A DNA stretch of 64,000 bases from Eledone cirrhosa. Lineage: Eukaryota. Shown piece by piece: positions 1 to 12,715 of this stretch. The notes beneath the pieces are model-generated. The model worked only from the letters and a program-made list of their open reading frames with translations. It had not been told where the DNA came from and made no database searches. The position numbers and the translations under genes were made by a program. How positions within the stretch are numbered: the stretch's first letter is position 1; each line of letters opens with the position of its first letter. The stretch is from contig OZ024742.1 in NCBI GenBank assembly GCA_964016885.1, forward strand, positions 129,270,001 through 129,334,000. Direction: 5' to 3'.

Positions 1-464
1 GATTAGTCATCACTAAAGCAGTGGATATATGTTTTCTACATATTTGCAAGTTATTTTATTTTATTTTATTTTATTTTATTTTCTGTCAAGGCAAGAGTCA
101 TAAATGTATATTTCCTGCAATTTGAGTTCAAAAACCAGAATCTGTTTCTAGCTGATGTCATTTATGATGCTAATGTTTTTTAGCAAAGTGATGAACAACA
201 AAATCCTCCTTTCTCTTTAAAAAATATAAGACACTGCTCCAATTTGTTTTCAGTGTGGATACAAGAAGGGCTCTGTAGTTAACAAGTAATATGTGATTCC
301 ATGTTTGATCTCTCTGCAGAGCACCTTCGACAGCTGTTTTCTAATATAGCCTCAGATCAAACCAAACCTTCTAGGTGAAATTGGGTGGAAGGAAATGGTA
401 GAAGTTAATCAGATAGGATTTTACATAACTTTGGATGGTAGATTTAATCTATTACCTGGTTTCA

Positions 465-708
465 CTCTTAACGTCCTATACCACATGAAACTGCAATAGC
501 AAAACATTCTTGGAAAGTACAAAACAACACTATGACTGCATCACATTAAAAATTGAAGTCTTCACTTTCTAATACTGCAAGTTTTCACTATAATCTGTCT
601 CCTAGTATACTCTCTGCAAATTTTAACAACGATCAGTCCACTAATAAAGATACCATAAACATTTGAATTAAACCAGTTTTCTAAAAATCATTACAGGATG
701 TTAAAAGT
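465..708 (+). mobile_element. TTAA-type MITE family A (piggyBac-like, non-autonomous)
   Basis: Ends CTCTTAACGTCCTATA ... TACAGGATGTTAAAAG|TTAA. The internal core CTATGACTGCATCACATTAAAAATT..AGTCTT is shared with about 10 copies in the window (also about 1282-1490, 1978-2135, 15630-15940, 28855-29170). Confidence 0.75.
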
Positions 709-2992
709 TAAACACCACCACCTGGCCCTTGAATGCATTTAACAGAGTCTATTATTCTGTTGCAAACATTAGAATCAACGCTCTAGTTTGAAAATATCAG
801 AAACTAATAAAAAGAAAGGTTGGTGTAAAGGTAAGTTTTAGAGTGACAAGATAAGTAGTAACCATTTTGATACTAAACTGCATGAAACTACCCTGGTTCT
901 ATAGTAAGCTGTTTATTTTTAAATGGTTATATTTCTATAAAAATAAATTTCCATTACATTTGTACGAAACTCTGCTAAGTTATTTTTTAAAGACTAGATA
1001 AATAATGAGAAAGTTAGACAAAATGATGTGAAAATCATAGGTAGTGTCATTCATTAGAAATATGATAATGGAAGGATTATTAAAGGCAATCAGCCAATGT
1101 TTTCAAAAGATCACTGTGCTGTTATAGATATGAGAATTAAATGGTGATGACTGGTGGGTGAATGTGTTGCATGCTAAGATGGAAAAAGAGAAAGACAGAA
1201 AGAAATAGCAAAATTAGATTTCAATATGTTGGGTCTTGGATTTAAGTGGTAGTAAAATAACTTAGAGTTTCTGAAAGTTTTCTCTTAACATCCCGTATCA
1301 TATTAAAAAGTCATTCTTGAAAAGTACAAAACACTATGACTGCATCACATTAAAAATTAAAGTCTTTACTCTCTAATACTGCAAATTTTCACAATAATCT
1401 GTCTCCTAGTATAGATACTATAAACATTTGAATTAACATGACCATTTTTAGATATTTAAATTTTCTGCTAAATCATTATAGGATGTTAATTTCAATTAAA
1501 AGGTTCAAAGCAACATATTGCATGTGATAATTAATGTTAAGACTAATATACAGCACACACACATTAAACCTAGCAGAATAGTTACTTTATAAGGAACAAT
1601 AGATGTGCTCTGTTTTGTTATTATGGTAATGGTAGTTGAAGAATTAATAGGTTGTGATAATTTCACTTATTAGATTTTTCCAATCTATTAATCACAAATC
1701 AGATAGATGTTAATATGTGAACTGACTCACACACATACCCACATGCACAGCTATATGTAAATGCATCCTATATGTCTAAGGGTGTTAAACAGAGTCAAAC
1801 AGATGAGAAAAATCTTCCCAGGGGTTGAATATAGGTCGAGCACAATTAACATTTACAAATGATCTGGCACTTATTCCCAACAGCTAGGTGAACTATGGCA
1901 CTCTAGAATAAAGTGTTCTACACCAGTGGTTTAAACATATGGCAAATGAGCCAGGTGGTAAACAGGGCAGGTCTTGAAATACATTCTTGAAAAAGTATAA
2001 AACAAAACTATGACTGCATCACGTTAAAAATAAGTCTCTATTCTAATATTACAAATGTTGACATTGATCTGTTAGGTAGTAATGATACCATAAACATTTG
2101 AATAAAGAAACCCATTTTTAGATATTTTCTGCTGCACAGACTTAGAATCCATCCCACACCAGGTCAGAACACAGCTGATTTCCTCCAGAGAAAGAAAGAG
2201 AGAATGAATGTGATAGAAGAAGAACCAGCCCCAGTACTGGACTGGTACTTCATCAACCCTGAAAGAATGAAAAGCAAAGTTGACCTTGGCAGGACTCAAA
2301 CTCAGAATGCAGTGAGCTAGAACAAATATCAAGCCATTTTTAGCTATACATTATTCACTTAACTGCCATACTTTTCTAAACATAGTATGAAAGGAATATC
2401 AGCCTCCTTAGTGTTGGTGATCTACATGATAAACACACCCAGAACATATTGTAAAGTAGTTGGTGATAGGAAGAGCATCCAGTCAGACAATGCTCGCCAA
2501 ACAAATGGTTGGGAGGACCTTTAGTTGTGTCAAAGACATGACATCTCTTGTGTTGGTGTAATGATAAAATGGTAGAATGGGGACTGTAAGTAAGCAAGGT
2601 ACAGATCACTGGCCTGTATGGGAGGTCTGTAGCCCTGCTTCAGTACCGACTTGGTCTGTGAAGACCTGTCTAACCCTTGCTAGCAGGGAAAGTGGATGTT
2701 AAATGATGTATGCTGAACTAAAATACTGGTTTCAATCATTGAAGACAATTGATCAAGGTGCAACAGAATCATGTGGTTGCAAAGTGAACTTTTTAACCAC
2801 ACAGATATGCATGTGCCTATATATTGACTGAAATTGCATCAGAACTAAAACAGAAACTCTCAACATTAGTAAATGTTCCATTGCAGACAACTGAACACTT
2901 CAATAAATTCGATATGGCTTATTATATGATGTACAATTCTTTGAAAAATAGACAGCTGTCAAATTTTCACATTTTTTAAGAAATGTACACAT

Positions 2993-3027
<35 letters not shown>

Positions 3028-4994
3028 AACCAATTTTCCAGACTAGTAAATTGTGGTTCTGTAAATTTTAATATTCATATAAATTGTGGAATAATTTTAC
3101 AACATGATGCAGCTTTCGATATCGATATATATATATATATATATATATATTTCCTCGCTAAGAACTTCAATTATGAATGGAGAACAATATTTTTTTCTCA
3201 GTTTGGTAAATGGAGTCAAAAATTCCATATGTAAATGCACTGAATGTATAAAAGCTTGAATCTATGATTTGTAGGTTCTACTTAAAGCAACTTATCCATC
3301 CTATATATACATATTCTGAGCTACATCAAGTAAGACTGGGGGTCTTATCATTAAAATGCTTGAGAAACTTCCTATGAGGTCAGCTGTAGAAGAGGAAGAC
3401 TGAGAAAAACCTTGGCTGAAATGGTGAGAGCTAATCTAAAACCACTGAACCTCACATAGGAGATGACAAAAGAATGCAACAAGTGGATGGAAGCTGGATG
3501 GAACAGTCTACTCCTGAAATTAACATGTAAGTGGCTGAGCATCCCACAGACGTGAACTCATAACAGGAAGCTTCAGTTTAACACAGCTTGTGATAAGGCT
3601 GGCTCTTTGAATTACAGATACAGTCTAACAGACAAGCTTCTAAACAGTTTCTGTCTACCCAATTTCATTCACAAAACATGAGCTGACCCGAAGCTATGGT
3701 AAATGACACATGTCCAAGATGCCACACTGTAGTATTGAACCTGAGACTTGATTGCAAAACAAACTCATTAACCATTCAGCTATACTGCATCCACTCTGTA
3801 TATAATTTAAATGCTAGTGATACACTTATGACCCCTGAGCACAGGGATGCTGTCCACTCATCCATGATGGCCACCTCAGTTGTTGGGTTCATGCTGATAA
3901 TAATTATTCAAAATATGGGCTTTATAACAGGAAAAAGAAAATTAGCTGCATTTCATAATTCTGTCTGAGTATTAGTCAAACTTAAATATAATACAAGAGC
4001 ATAGTTTTTCTGGGGAGAGGGAAATACTTATATGTGCATGCATGTGTGATGACAGAGAAAACCTCTTAATAGGTTAGTTATACTACAGAAGTATAGAGAA
4101 ACAATTTATAAAATTAGAAATTAAAAAAAACAATTTGTCTGTAAGTATGTGGAAAAGAAGGAAGGGGGAGGACATTTTCACAACAAAGTTTTCTTTAATA
4201 ACAGTTTTTCAATTATATACTTATATTACTTAACCTTCAACTACTTTAACAATGCTTTCAAAACACATAAACTAAGAATTGTCTGCTTCCTATTCCACAT
4301 TCTAAAGAATGAAAATATTTCAAATTATAGAAAGCACTACATACCATATTATTTAACATATTTTACTGCCATAACCTTCTTCCCATTCACACTTATATTC
4401 AAACTCTTTCCTCATTTAACCTCTTCATCTCTATTCTCCTTCAAATTCAATTCTTAGGCACTTCTGCTTTGAAAAAAGGGAATCAGAGTGGAGGACTCAT
4501 TTTGTCATGTAGAGGCAAGGTAACCTCTCTAGTGTTGGTGCCATAATAAAATACACCTGGTGTACTCTCTTAAGTGACTGGTATTACAAAAGAGAACCTA
4601 GCCATACAAACCACTCCAAATTGGAATATTCAAGCAAGACATGGTCTCACTAATGCATCTAGTAAAGAGCAGTAAATCCAAATAAGTACTAACCGACTAT
4701 TACAACCCATAAGACTCATGCCAGCATAGAAAGTGGATGTGAAATTATAATGATGATGAAGTTGTTTACATGCAAACATTTAAATGTGTGAATGAATGTA
4801 TAGATTACTAACAGCTTCCTGGCCTTTGCCTCGGTCTACACTGTACTCAAATCTATTTATAAGGCACCTATTGTAATGCCCGTTTTTCCTTGAAATAAAA
4901 ATGTTAAAAGGTATTTAAATATTGCATAACATCATTTTAAAAATGTTTTTAGAATACTTAAATACAGAAAGTAATTGTAAAACATACAAAACTT

Positions 4995-5600
4995 CAGTAT
5001 ATACAATGTTTTAAAGTTTTTTCTTTGGAGCATATATGAAGAGTTTGTGGGCCTTCCTACTCCGGAACAATCTACATACAATTGACCATATGAGAAACAG
5101 CCCTCTTATAGATGAAAACCAACAACTTTGGAACTTGTTGATGGCCATTGTCACTGGGAATTGTTGATGGCCACTCTCACTGGGAATTTCAATCATTTGA
5201 AATGAAAGGGAACATCTGTGGCATTCTAGGTGTCTCCCTTACCACATCCAGTGAAGATTTTGGCTTTGATAATGTGAGGATGTAGTTTAGTCACAACTAT
5301 ACGTATCCCATTGTATAATCTTGGCTAATCCAGGTTTCAGAGAAGCATGGTGACTGTACACTTCTTCAATTCAAGGTTGTGTGGCAACATACCGAATGGT
5401 TCCAGACTGTTGAGAAATTCAACGAGATAATGAACAGTTTTGTCCTTGTTGACAACTTTGTTGATGGATTTATTGGTCTGGCTACCTCTAGGGGTCATTT
5501 TTTTGTTGATGGCCTTCACTGTGATATTTTGAGGGGCAAGGAATGCTCTTTCACACAGCCACTGCACATTGGAATGGAGCATTTAGAAATTGGGGAACTC
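4995..5600 (-). pseudogene. PIF1-like helicase C-terminal half of Helitron RepHel, with stops and frameshifts
   Basis: Manual translation gives WLCERAFLAPQN, EFLNSLEPFGMLPHNLELK..TMLL*NLD*PRLYNGIRIVVTKL, FPVTMAINKFQ, CFSYGQLYVDCSGVG and LFIYAP, all typical Helitron helicase motifs. Confidence 0.88.
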
Positions 5601-5973
5601 TTAATTAATCAAGCTTACAACACTTTCCACAACAGTACAAAATGATAAAGGATCAAAGCATCATTTTTCTATAAATTTAAACAACTGAGGTGCTTATCTG
5701 TAACTCCGAGGGTCCCCCTCCTTTCCTGCTTCTGTTATTCACACTGAAGAATTCTGAGGCTGGGAAAATCCGAGGGCTCCCTCCCTCACCCCTCATTCTG
5801 TTTTTGTAAAAGAAAGTGATTGCAAGCATGTCGAAGGCCAAATTAGTTGAAAACATGAAAAGAACCTAGAAAAAGATTCCCACAGAAGAAATCTCAGAGG
5901 GTGGGGAAACCCAAGGGTCGCCCCATTCCGGTTTCGGAGAAAAAGTTGATTGTGAGCATGTCAGAAGTCATAT

Positions 5974-6572
5974 TGATGCGCATGAAAGACAACAACTGTA
6001 TAAAAAAGTGCAGGGCGATCAAAATTAATGGTAGTTACGGAATAGGTAGACCCAGAAAAACCTGAGACGATTTGATAAATTCCGACCTTACACACTTGCA
6101 CCTCTCTAAGACAATGTCACTGGACCGAGATCTTTGGCCCTACACAGTAATACAGAAGACTCGCCTTGCCTATGTACAAAGTGAAACCTACAGTCAGTAG
6201 GCACCTCTTAACTAAAAATACACCCCGATCCACTACCCCTACCCTATCCTACCACTCCCACCAACACCACCCTCTCTATAAAGTTGGTACCACAACAGTC
6301 CAAATAAATGAGATAATGAGATCGAGATCGTGTAGGTGTCATGACAAAAAAACACACAGCCCACGCTGTAATGTGGCCGTGTAGGTAACATGGTAAAAAG
6401 TTCCAAGTTCCACACTGTAAATGTGGTTGGTGTTAGGAAGGGTATCCAGCGGTAGAAAACCTGCCAGATAGTCCTATATGAGCAAGACACGGTCACCTGG
6501 TCAACATTGCTTCAAGTGGGACAACTCCCGTCTAACCCATGCTAGCATGGAAGATGGACGTTAAATGAAGAT
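5974..6572 (+). mobile_element. 5'-truncated RTE-clade LINE inserted in the Helitron
   Basis: Near-identical to 45009-45627 (MRMKD..CIKKCRAIKINGSYGIGRPRKT*DDLINSDL plus 3' UTR). Has a TGA where the other copy has TGG. Confidence 0.9.
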
Positions 6573-6617
6573 GAGAGAGAGAAGGGGAGATATATAGCGA
6601 AAACACATACAGGTAGT

Positions 6618-6718
6618 GAAAGCCACATAGAAATAGAGAAGTTGAGAGTGAAAGCCACATAGAAATAGAGAAGTTGAGAGAGAAAGCCACATAGAAATAG
6701 AGAAGTTGAGAGAGAAAG
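6618..6718. repeat. 32-bp tandem repeat x3
   Basis: GAAAGCCACATAGAAATAGAGAAGTTGAGA repeated three times. Confidence 0.85.
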
Positions 6719-7589
6719 GGATAATGAGAAAGATAAAGAGAGACAGAGATAAAGAGATAGAGACATTAAGTGAGATAGAGAGATTTTTCAGGAGGAGGGG
6801 GGGGGGGGGCATTGGAGAGTGAGTCAGGTGTTAGATTCACTGATAACAAATGAAAACACCTAGAAAAGTTTTAGTTAGAGAGAGCGGGGTGTGGGCTGAA
6901 TGAGGTGGAGTAGCGTTTCACTTTCTATTTCACTTTCTATATATAGATAGCATGAAAGACTAACATCTCCAACCAATCCAATAAATGGACAGTAGGGTTG
7001 TCAAAAGTCAGATTAGTTGTAAACACATGAAAAACCTTAAATAGTATCATTTAGCGTTATTAGCAGTCAACGTACAAACAAACAAACAAACAAACAAACT
7101 TTATTTAGTGTTATTAGCAGTCAATTACAAACAAACAAACTTCCTTTTTATAAGTATATAGATGTTGAAAATAAAGTCTAACAGAAAAAATAAGTGTTAA
7201 TATAAAGTTGTTGGAAAAGCAACTTAAGTAAATGGGAAATACCCGCTTTGGAATCATTATCCTGTCAGTTTATACTTACTCTAGGTCATTTTGATGTCAT
7301 TTTGCCAAGAACTTGGAGTGTATTCTCCAGGAAGAGTAAAAAACAAAACAAAATAAACTACAGCCATCATCCACAATCAAGTATGACTTAGTATGTATCA
7401 TGCTTTTGTTAAGGGTTCTAACAGGACATCTAGGATATAGCAACATTCAATAAACTATGTATTTAATCATAATTATGAAAATATTGTTTTAGTTGTTTAA
7501 CCCTTTGCTCATCCCAAATGACTAGCTCTATAACCAAAAGGTCTCCCAGCCATGACCATCTAATTAAATTTTCAGACATTATTATTACC

Positions 7590-7728
7590 ATAGTTACGTC
7601 CCTTTACGATCTGAGTTCAAATCCCACCGAGGTTGACTTTGCTTTTCATCCTTACAGGGTCAATAAAATAAAGTACCAGTAATGCACTGAGTAATTGCTG
7701 GCCTTGTGCCTAAAATAGAAACAATTAT
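7590..7728 (+). mobile_element. tRNA-derived SINE (5'-truncated)
   Basis: B-box GAGTTCAAATCCC, central motif CTTTTCATCCTTACAGGGTCAATAAAATAAAGTACCAG and tail GCTGGCCTTGTGCCTAAAATAGAAACAATTA. Confidence 0.85.
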
Positions 7729-8611
7729 TACATTATTCAATATATTCTCTCTATATTTTTTAAGTCGGTAGGGTGTGTAATTTGAGAGAAATTTGGTTAT
7801 TTCCACCATATCAAGCACCTGGATAATTATTTATTTATTAAAACAGCAAGTTAGCATATGGTTTTTTTAATTATGTTGGAAAATTTTAATTAAAAAAAAA
7901 AAACTTTAAAATGGGTGACCTTGTTTTATTGAACCAGAACTGGCTTTGGTAGGGTTGTTATCAAAATGGTTAAGTTAGTGGCTCTTAACTTTTATTTTTG
8001 TCGCCATATCCCACTATGACACCTCAAAAAAATTTTTTACATTCCTTTCAATATAAAAACCTGTTTGGTGTTAAAAAGAGATAATGTAAAATTTAGAAAA
8101 ACTGTCCCGCCCATAAATATTCAAAGTATCCCACATTCAAAATCACTGGTTTAATTATTGTTTCTATTTGAAAGCAACAGGATACATTTTTAAAGGCTTA
8201 GACAGAAAGAATCCTATGATTTACCTCAAACAGATCAATAAGGGTACACACAGTAATACTCACTGTTTATTCATATTTATTAGTAGTAGAACAGTCATAT
8301 ATAATGACAGCAACAGCATTGAACCAATTTAATTTTTGGAGCTAGGACTGGTATGTCATATATACTAGGATTAATGACATGTGGAAGAGATTAAAGATAA
8401 GAATAAAAATTTTAATAATTTATTTCTAGAATAAAATTACATAAATGTCCAGCAGATATGTACACATAACACACATGGTCAGAAACTAAAGATTTTAATG
8501 GTGTTAATACATCAATATGTATATATTAGTGAATCCGTGCCGTCAATAAAGATGGCAATAGTATTGAACGTATTTAGTTCTTGGAGTCCATTCTTTTCTT
8601 ATATATATATA

Positions 8612-8952
8612 GGAAAAGAATGACTTCACTTGTAGTTCTAAATAATTTAATTTTATAATATAATTTTACAATTTGGTTTGGTAGATCTAGTAAGTTCTTT
8701 GTTAACTTTGATGAAGAGATTTTTTTAAGATTCTTGGTTAACTTTCCCGCTTTCGCCGAAGACGACCAGTTTCACAATCGGCACCGATGAATGCGAGAAA
8801 GTTCTCCAGGAAAGTTAACCAAGAATCTTTTTAAAATCTTTCCACCGAAGTTAGCAAAGAACTTACTAGATCTACCAAACCAAATTGTAAAATTTTAATA
8901 TTATAAAATTAAATTAAATTGTTTAGAACTACAAGTGAAGTCATTCTTTCCC
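8612..8952. repeat. Long foldback inverted repeat
   Basis: Arms 8612-8747 and 8809-8952 are reverse complements with few mismatches. CpG-rich 61-nt loop; (TA)n on the left flank. Confidence 0.92.
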
Positions 8953-9097
8953 TTTTTAAAAATATACCTAACTGTCCAAGGATTTCACACATTTTCCAAT
9001 ATATATATATAATTATTATAATAAGTACAGATTAAAGTTTAAGCAAAGAATTTCTACTTTCACACTTTATGGGATCTTCTGAAATTGTATATATATA

Positions 9098-9116
9098 CAA
9101 AGCGAGTTTGATAAGG

Positions 9117-9188
<72 letters not shown>

Positions 9189-9211
9189 CAATCCTTATCA
9201 AACTCGCTTTG
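9098..9211. repeat. Palindrome with (TA)n centre
   Basis: CAAAGCGAGTTTGATAAGGATTGTA-(TA)n-TACAATCCTTATCAAACTCGCTTTG. Confidence 0.9.
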
Positions 9212-9380
9212 GATTTTGGTCTTCGTATACATACATATATATATATAGTTGGTATGGCGTTTTAACATTGTTTAGCTCTAGTTTTCTTAACTATTGGACC
9301 GCTTGCCAGCATATCTACAATTTTGCGTTTCGTTTCGCTTTTTCTACCGGCCGAAATGCGATTCTCGCTGAATTTATATT

Positions 9381-9412
<32 letters not shown>

Positions 9413-10329
9413 CATACCAGCTTAACTGGGTATAAGAACTATCTTACAAACCGGGAAACTTAAGTTTCAATAAATTAACAGTTTACATAAGAGAAATTCT
9501 ATAATTAATGCTGAAATTGATTAAAGATAAGATTGATATTTTAATATATTTCTAGGATATAACTGCATAAATGTTCAGCATATATGTACAAATGAGATAA
9601 CAGGATAAATGTATAACCAACTTTTGAGAAATAACTATTTATAGGAACAAATGTAGGGATAGAACCTAGCACCTTGTGATTGGAAAGCAAAACTCTTACT
9701 GTAGCAATATGACTGAGATAGGAAATGTATTGTGTGTATAGGTGTGTATCTTTGTGAGTAAATTTGAAAGAGTTACAGATGAAGATATATATAAACATAT
9801 ATAGAAAAACACATGGTGTATTGTTATGGTTGATTATTGGTTCTGTTCCTTGTCAACATTCTATAACTATATAGATTTAAGTACATTTTAATTGAAATAA
9901 CTGTGCTTTATTGATATTTCCTAGTTAAGGAAATAGCACTTAAATGTTTTTATTACTATTTCTACTTATTAACAGAACATATCTCATTTTCTTCCTTTTT
10001 TTCTTTTATTTTGTTTATATACTTGTGACAAATTTAATTTAATTTAAAGTTGTCAATCTAAATAGTCTACTTTACTGTATATAAGCTGAGAAATCAATGG
10101 TAAACTGGAGCCAACTTATTATCGAGGTCAATATTTTGCCAGTTTTCACCAACTTTTACATAAATGAGGTACTACGCCACATGGCTTCACTTTGGAGATG
10201 AATATTACACCTGCTTCCCTTTGCAGGTGAAATTTGTTTTAAAAGAATATGGCCTTCAAAACAGCTGGAAATTGAGGAGAAAAAAATCATTATGTAATGA
10301 AGTTGTGAAATAAAAGCTATACTCTAAAC

Positions 10330-11292
10330 CAGTGGTCGCCAACATGGGTTCCGCGGAACCTTGGGGTTCCGTAAAACAAACTCCGGGTTCCTTAAAAAAA
10401 TAAATATTTACATTACCATTAATATTTTGGGTTTTACTGAAAAAGGTGCAAAGAAAATGACAAAGGTGCAATGTATAAATGAACGAGTACTATTGTAGTG
10501 TACACAGGTTCTCCACTCCAATTCGTGGAAAACACTACTTTCAGTTTCTCACTTGAATTAGCAGAAAAACAGTTCTGAGATTCGTGGAAATTGAATACTT
10601 TCAATTTCACATCAATTCACATCAATTTTTTGATTTCCATGAGTCTAACACACGTGGACATGCCCACAAAGTCAGAAAACAGCACAGTTCCCATGACTTT
10701 CGGAAACATTTTTTCACGCTCAGAGTTGCTGAAGCATTGAACAAACTGCCTGCATCGGTTGTTAGCTGTCGAGACACTGCATCCTTTAAGGCCTCCATGC
10801 TTCCCGAGATCTGCCAACACTACACCTAATGTTCCTCCTCCATACACATACACACATGTATACCATGACTCATACACTATTCACTTCCCTGACATTTGTG
10901 TATTATTTTATGTACTATACATACGCCTTTGACGAGTTGTAGTGCACCTGAGCACTTTACACAATAATTTCATTATTATTATTCTTGGAAAGACAGTTTT
11001 CTGAATTCCGAGAATTTGACTACTACTGATAATACACTAATTGAACTTAGAAATTGACCAATCACAAACAAGTAAATGTTAGTCGGTGACAGCATAACTT
11101 TAAACTGAAAACTTCAGTTCAGCGAGGTTTCTCAGCCGAGAGACTGGGTCAGTTCGCTGTTCTCACAACGTAAGTTCACTAAAATAAATAAATACTTTAT
11201 TTTTTTTTGAAAAGTTTTGTATTGTATAGGTTCCGTGAAGAATTCAAAATATTTAGAGGGTTCCTTGGTTTTAGAAAGGTTGGCGACCACTG
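10330..11292. mobile_element. hAT-superfamily non-autonomous transposon
   Basis: TIR CAGTGGTCGCCAAC / GTTGGCGACCACTG, perfect 8-bp TSD CTCTAAAC (10322-10329 and 11293-11300), subterminal GGGTTCC repeats. Confidence 0.92.
10615..10983 (+). mobile_element. CR1/L2-group LINE 3' fragment nested in the hAT element
   Basis: TRGHAHKVRKQHSSHDFRKHFFTLRVAEALNKLPASVV..TASFK is a typical CR1-group ORF2 C-terminus, followed by a 3' UTR and an (ATT)n tail. Confidence 0.8.
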
Positions 11293-11769
11293 CTCTAAAC
11301 AACACTTAAAACATTTTAAATATCAAAATGTTAAAAATTTAAATATATTCTCCACTCACGAGAATTTCAAACCTTCACCTTCTAAACAGGTGTTGATTAG
11401 CTACCTCGGCTTATACAGGAGGGGGGGGGGGATTTTGACCCATTTCTCAGACATAAAATAAAAGTCAGCTTATATTTGAGTATACAGGATATGTCAAAAT
11501 GGAATGAAATAGAACTGTCAGTTTTGGCAATGAGTGTTCCAGTTGTTTGATCAATGGAAGAGCATGCACATGAAATTAATGTAAATCACCGAGTATTCCT
11601 CAGACGTGTACTCTTAACATAATTCTCAGGAGTTAATCATACATTTTATTTCCTATATGTCATTTGTATAAATCTGCTGAACATTCATGTAATTATATCT
11701 GAGAAATAAATTAAAATATTCTTATCTTACACGTAGCCGATCTCTCGGACTTTTAAGCACTGAGAATAT

Positions 11770-11997
11770 AGATATTTAAGTATAAAGGATGAGGTGCTCA
11801 AGTACAGAAATGCTATAAACTAACTTATAAAATAGAGTGAAGACCCTTTAAAGACAGAAAAAGAAGTTGTCATCAGCCGCTATGAGAAATTGAACCAGAG
11901 ATATGGGGTTCAATCTCTCAAGGGTCTTCACCCTATTTTATAAGCTATTTTATAGCATCTCTGTGCATGAGCACATCATCCTTTTTTACTTATATAG
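11770..11997. repeat. Imperfect foldback inverted repeat
   Basis: TAAGTATAAAGGATGAGGTGCTCAAGTACAGAAATGCTATAAA..TTATAAAATAGAGTGAAGACCCTT is mirrored by AAGGGTCTTCACCCTATTTTATAA..TTTATAGCATCTCTGTGCATGAGCACATCATCCTTTTTTACTTA. Confidence 0.8.
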
Positions 11998-12289
11998 TCT
12001 TATCTTTCATCACATCTAATGTGTCAATAATTAACATAAACTATAGGGTTTTTCTTATGCAAACCATTGCAATATAATTACAGCCTATCTGACAAGCTTT
12101 AAAACAGTTTCTATTTAACCAATTTCACTCACAAGGTTATGGTTAGTGACACTTGCCCAAGATGACACTCAGTAGGATCAAACTCAGGACCTAATGATTG
12201 CCTAACAAACGTCTTAGAAATTTTGCCATGCTACATCAAAATAGTAGGCTAGTGACAGTGTCAGCCTGAAGCAAACTGAAAATTAAAAA

Positions 12290-12715
12290 AGGACAATAAA
12301 ACAAATTCATGTTGTATGGGTGCAAATTGTTGTGTGTGAAGACCAGCCAAGAGAACCAATTAAATGCTTTTGACACCAAATGCCTTCAGAAAATTCTTGG
12401 CATTTGGTGGGATGACTTCATCACCAACAAAGAAGTCCATCAACAAGCTCACTAATGAGTCTAACATGAGCAAACTTGGACTTGGCTGGTTGGGACACAT
12501 CACACAACTCCCAAATGAGAGACATGCTAATCAGGTCCTATATTGGTACCTGCACTGAAAGAAGTGAAGAGGATGTCCCAAAAGTAACTAGCAGTAGACA
12601 ATCAACAAAAGATGGAACAATGTATTGATAGATGCATCTGACTGTGGTCATTGAAGCACTTTGGCTGCCTCGTGCATCTCAAAATACAGGAGCTTCTAAG
12701 TCTAAGTAAGTCTAT
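12290..12715 (+). mobile_element. Decayed LINE 3' end (RTE-like)
   Basis: LGWLGHITQLPNERHANQVLYW motif, NAFDTKCLQKILGIWW in another frame, and a CTAAGT-repeat tail. Confidence 0.65.

Larger units (their letters stand above)
4868..6949 (-). mobile_element. Degenerate, internally deleted Helitron
   Basis: Minus strand begins ATCTATATATAGAAAG near 6949 (Helitron-like 5' TC end) and ends AAACGGGCATTACAATAG near 4868 (degenerate CTRR end). It encloses a helicase remnant in the same orientation. Boundaries are approximate. Confidence 0.6.
8526..9590 (-). mobile_element. Non-autonomous Helitron-like element interrupted by foldback insertions
   Basis: 8526-8580 and 9417-9590 match the two halves of the element at 24177-24690. 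3' hairpin GCCGTC..GATGGC lies next to a CTAG-like end. Confidence 0.6.

Noticed and set aside
9032-9435. YI-repeat ORFs (also 27553, 55696 and others)
   Set aside because: Translations of (TA)n, (CA)n and (GA)n microsatellites.
10155-10290. Minus-strand coding exon after a strong acceptor at 10265
   Set aside because: Two frames stop almost at once and the third gives an unrecognised 35-aa peptide with no clear donor. It could still be non-coding, but I cannot support it.
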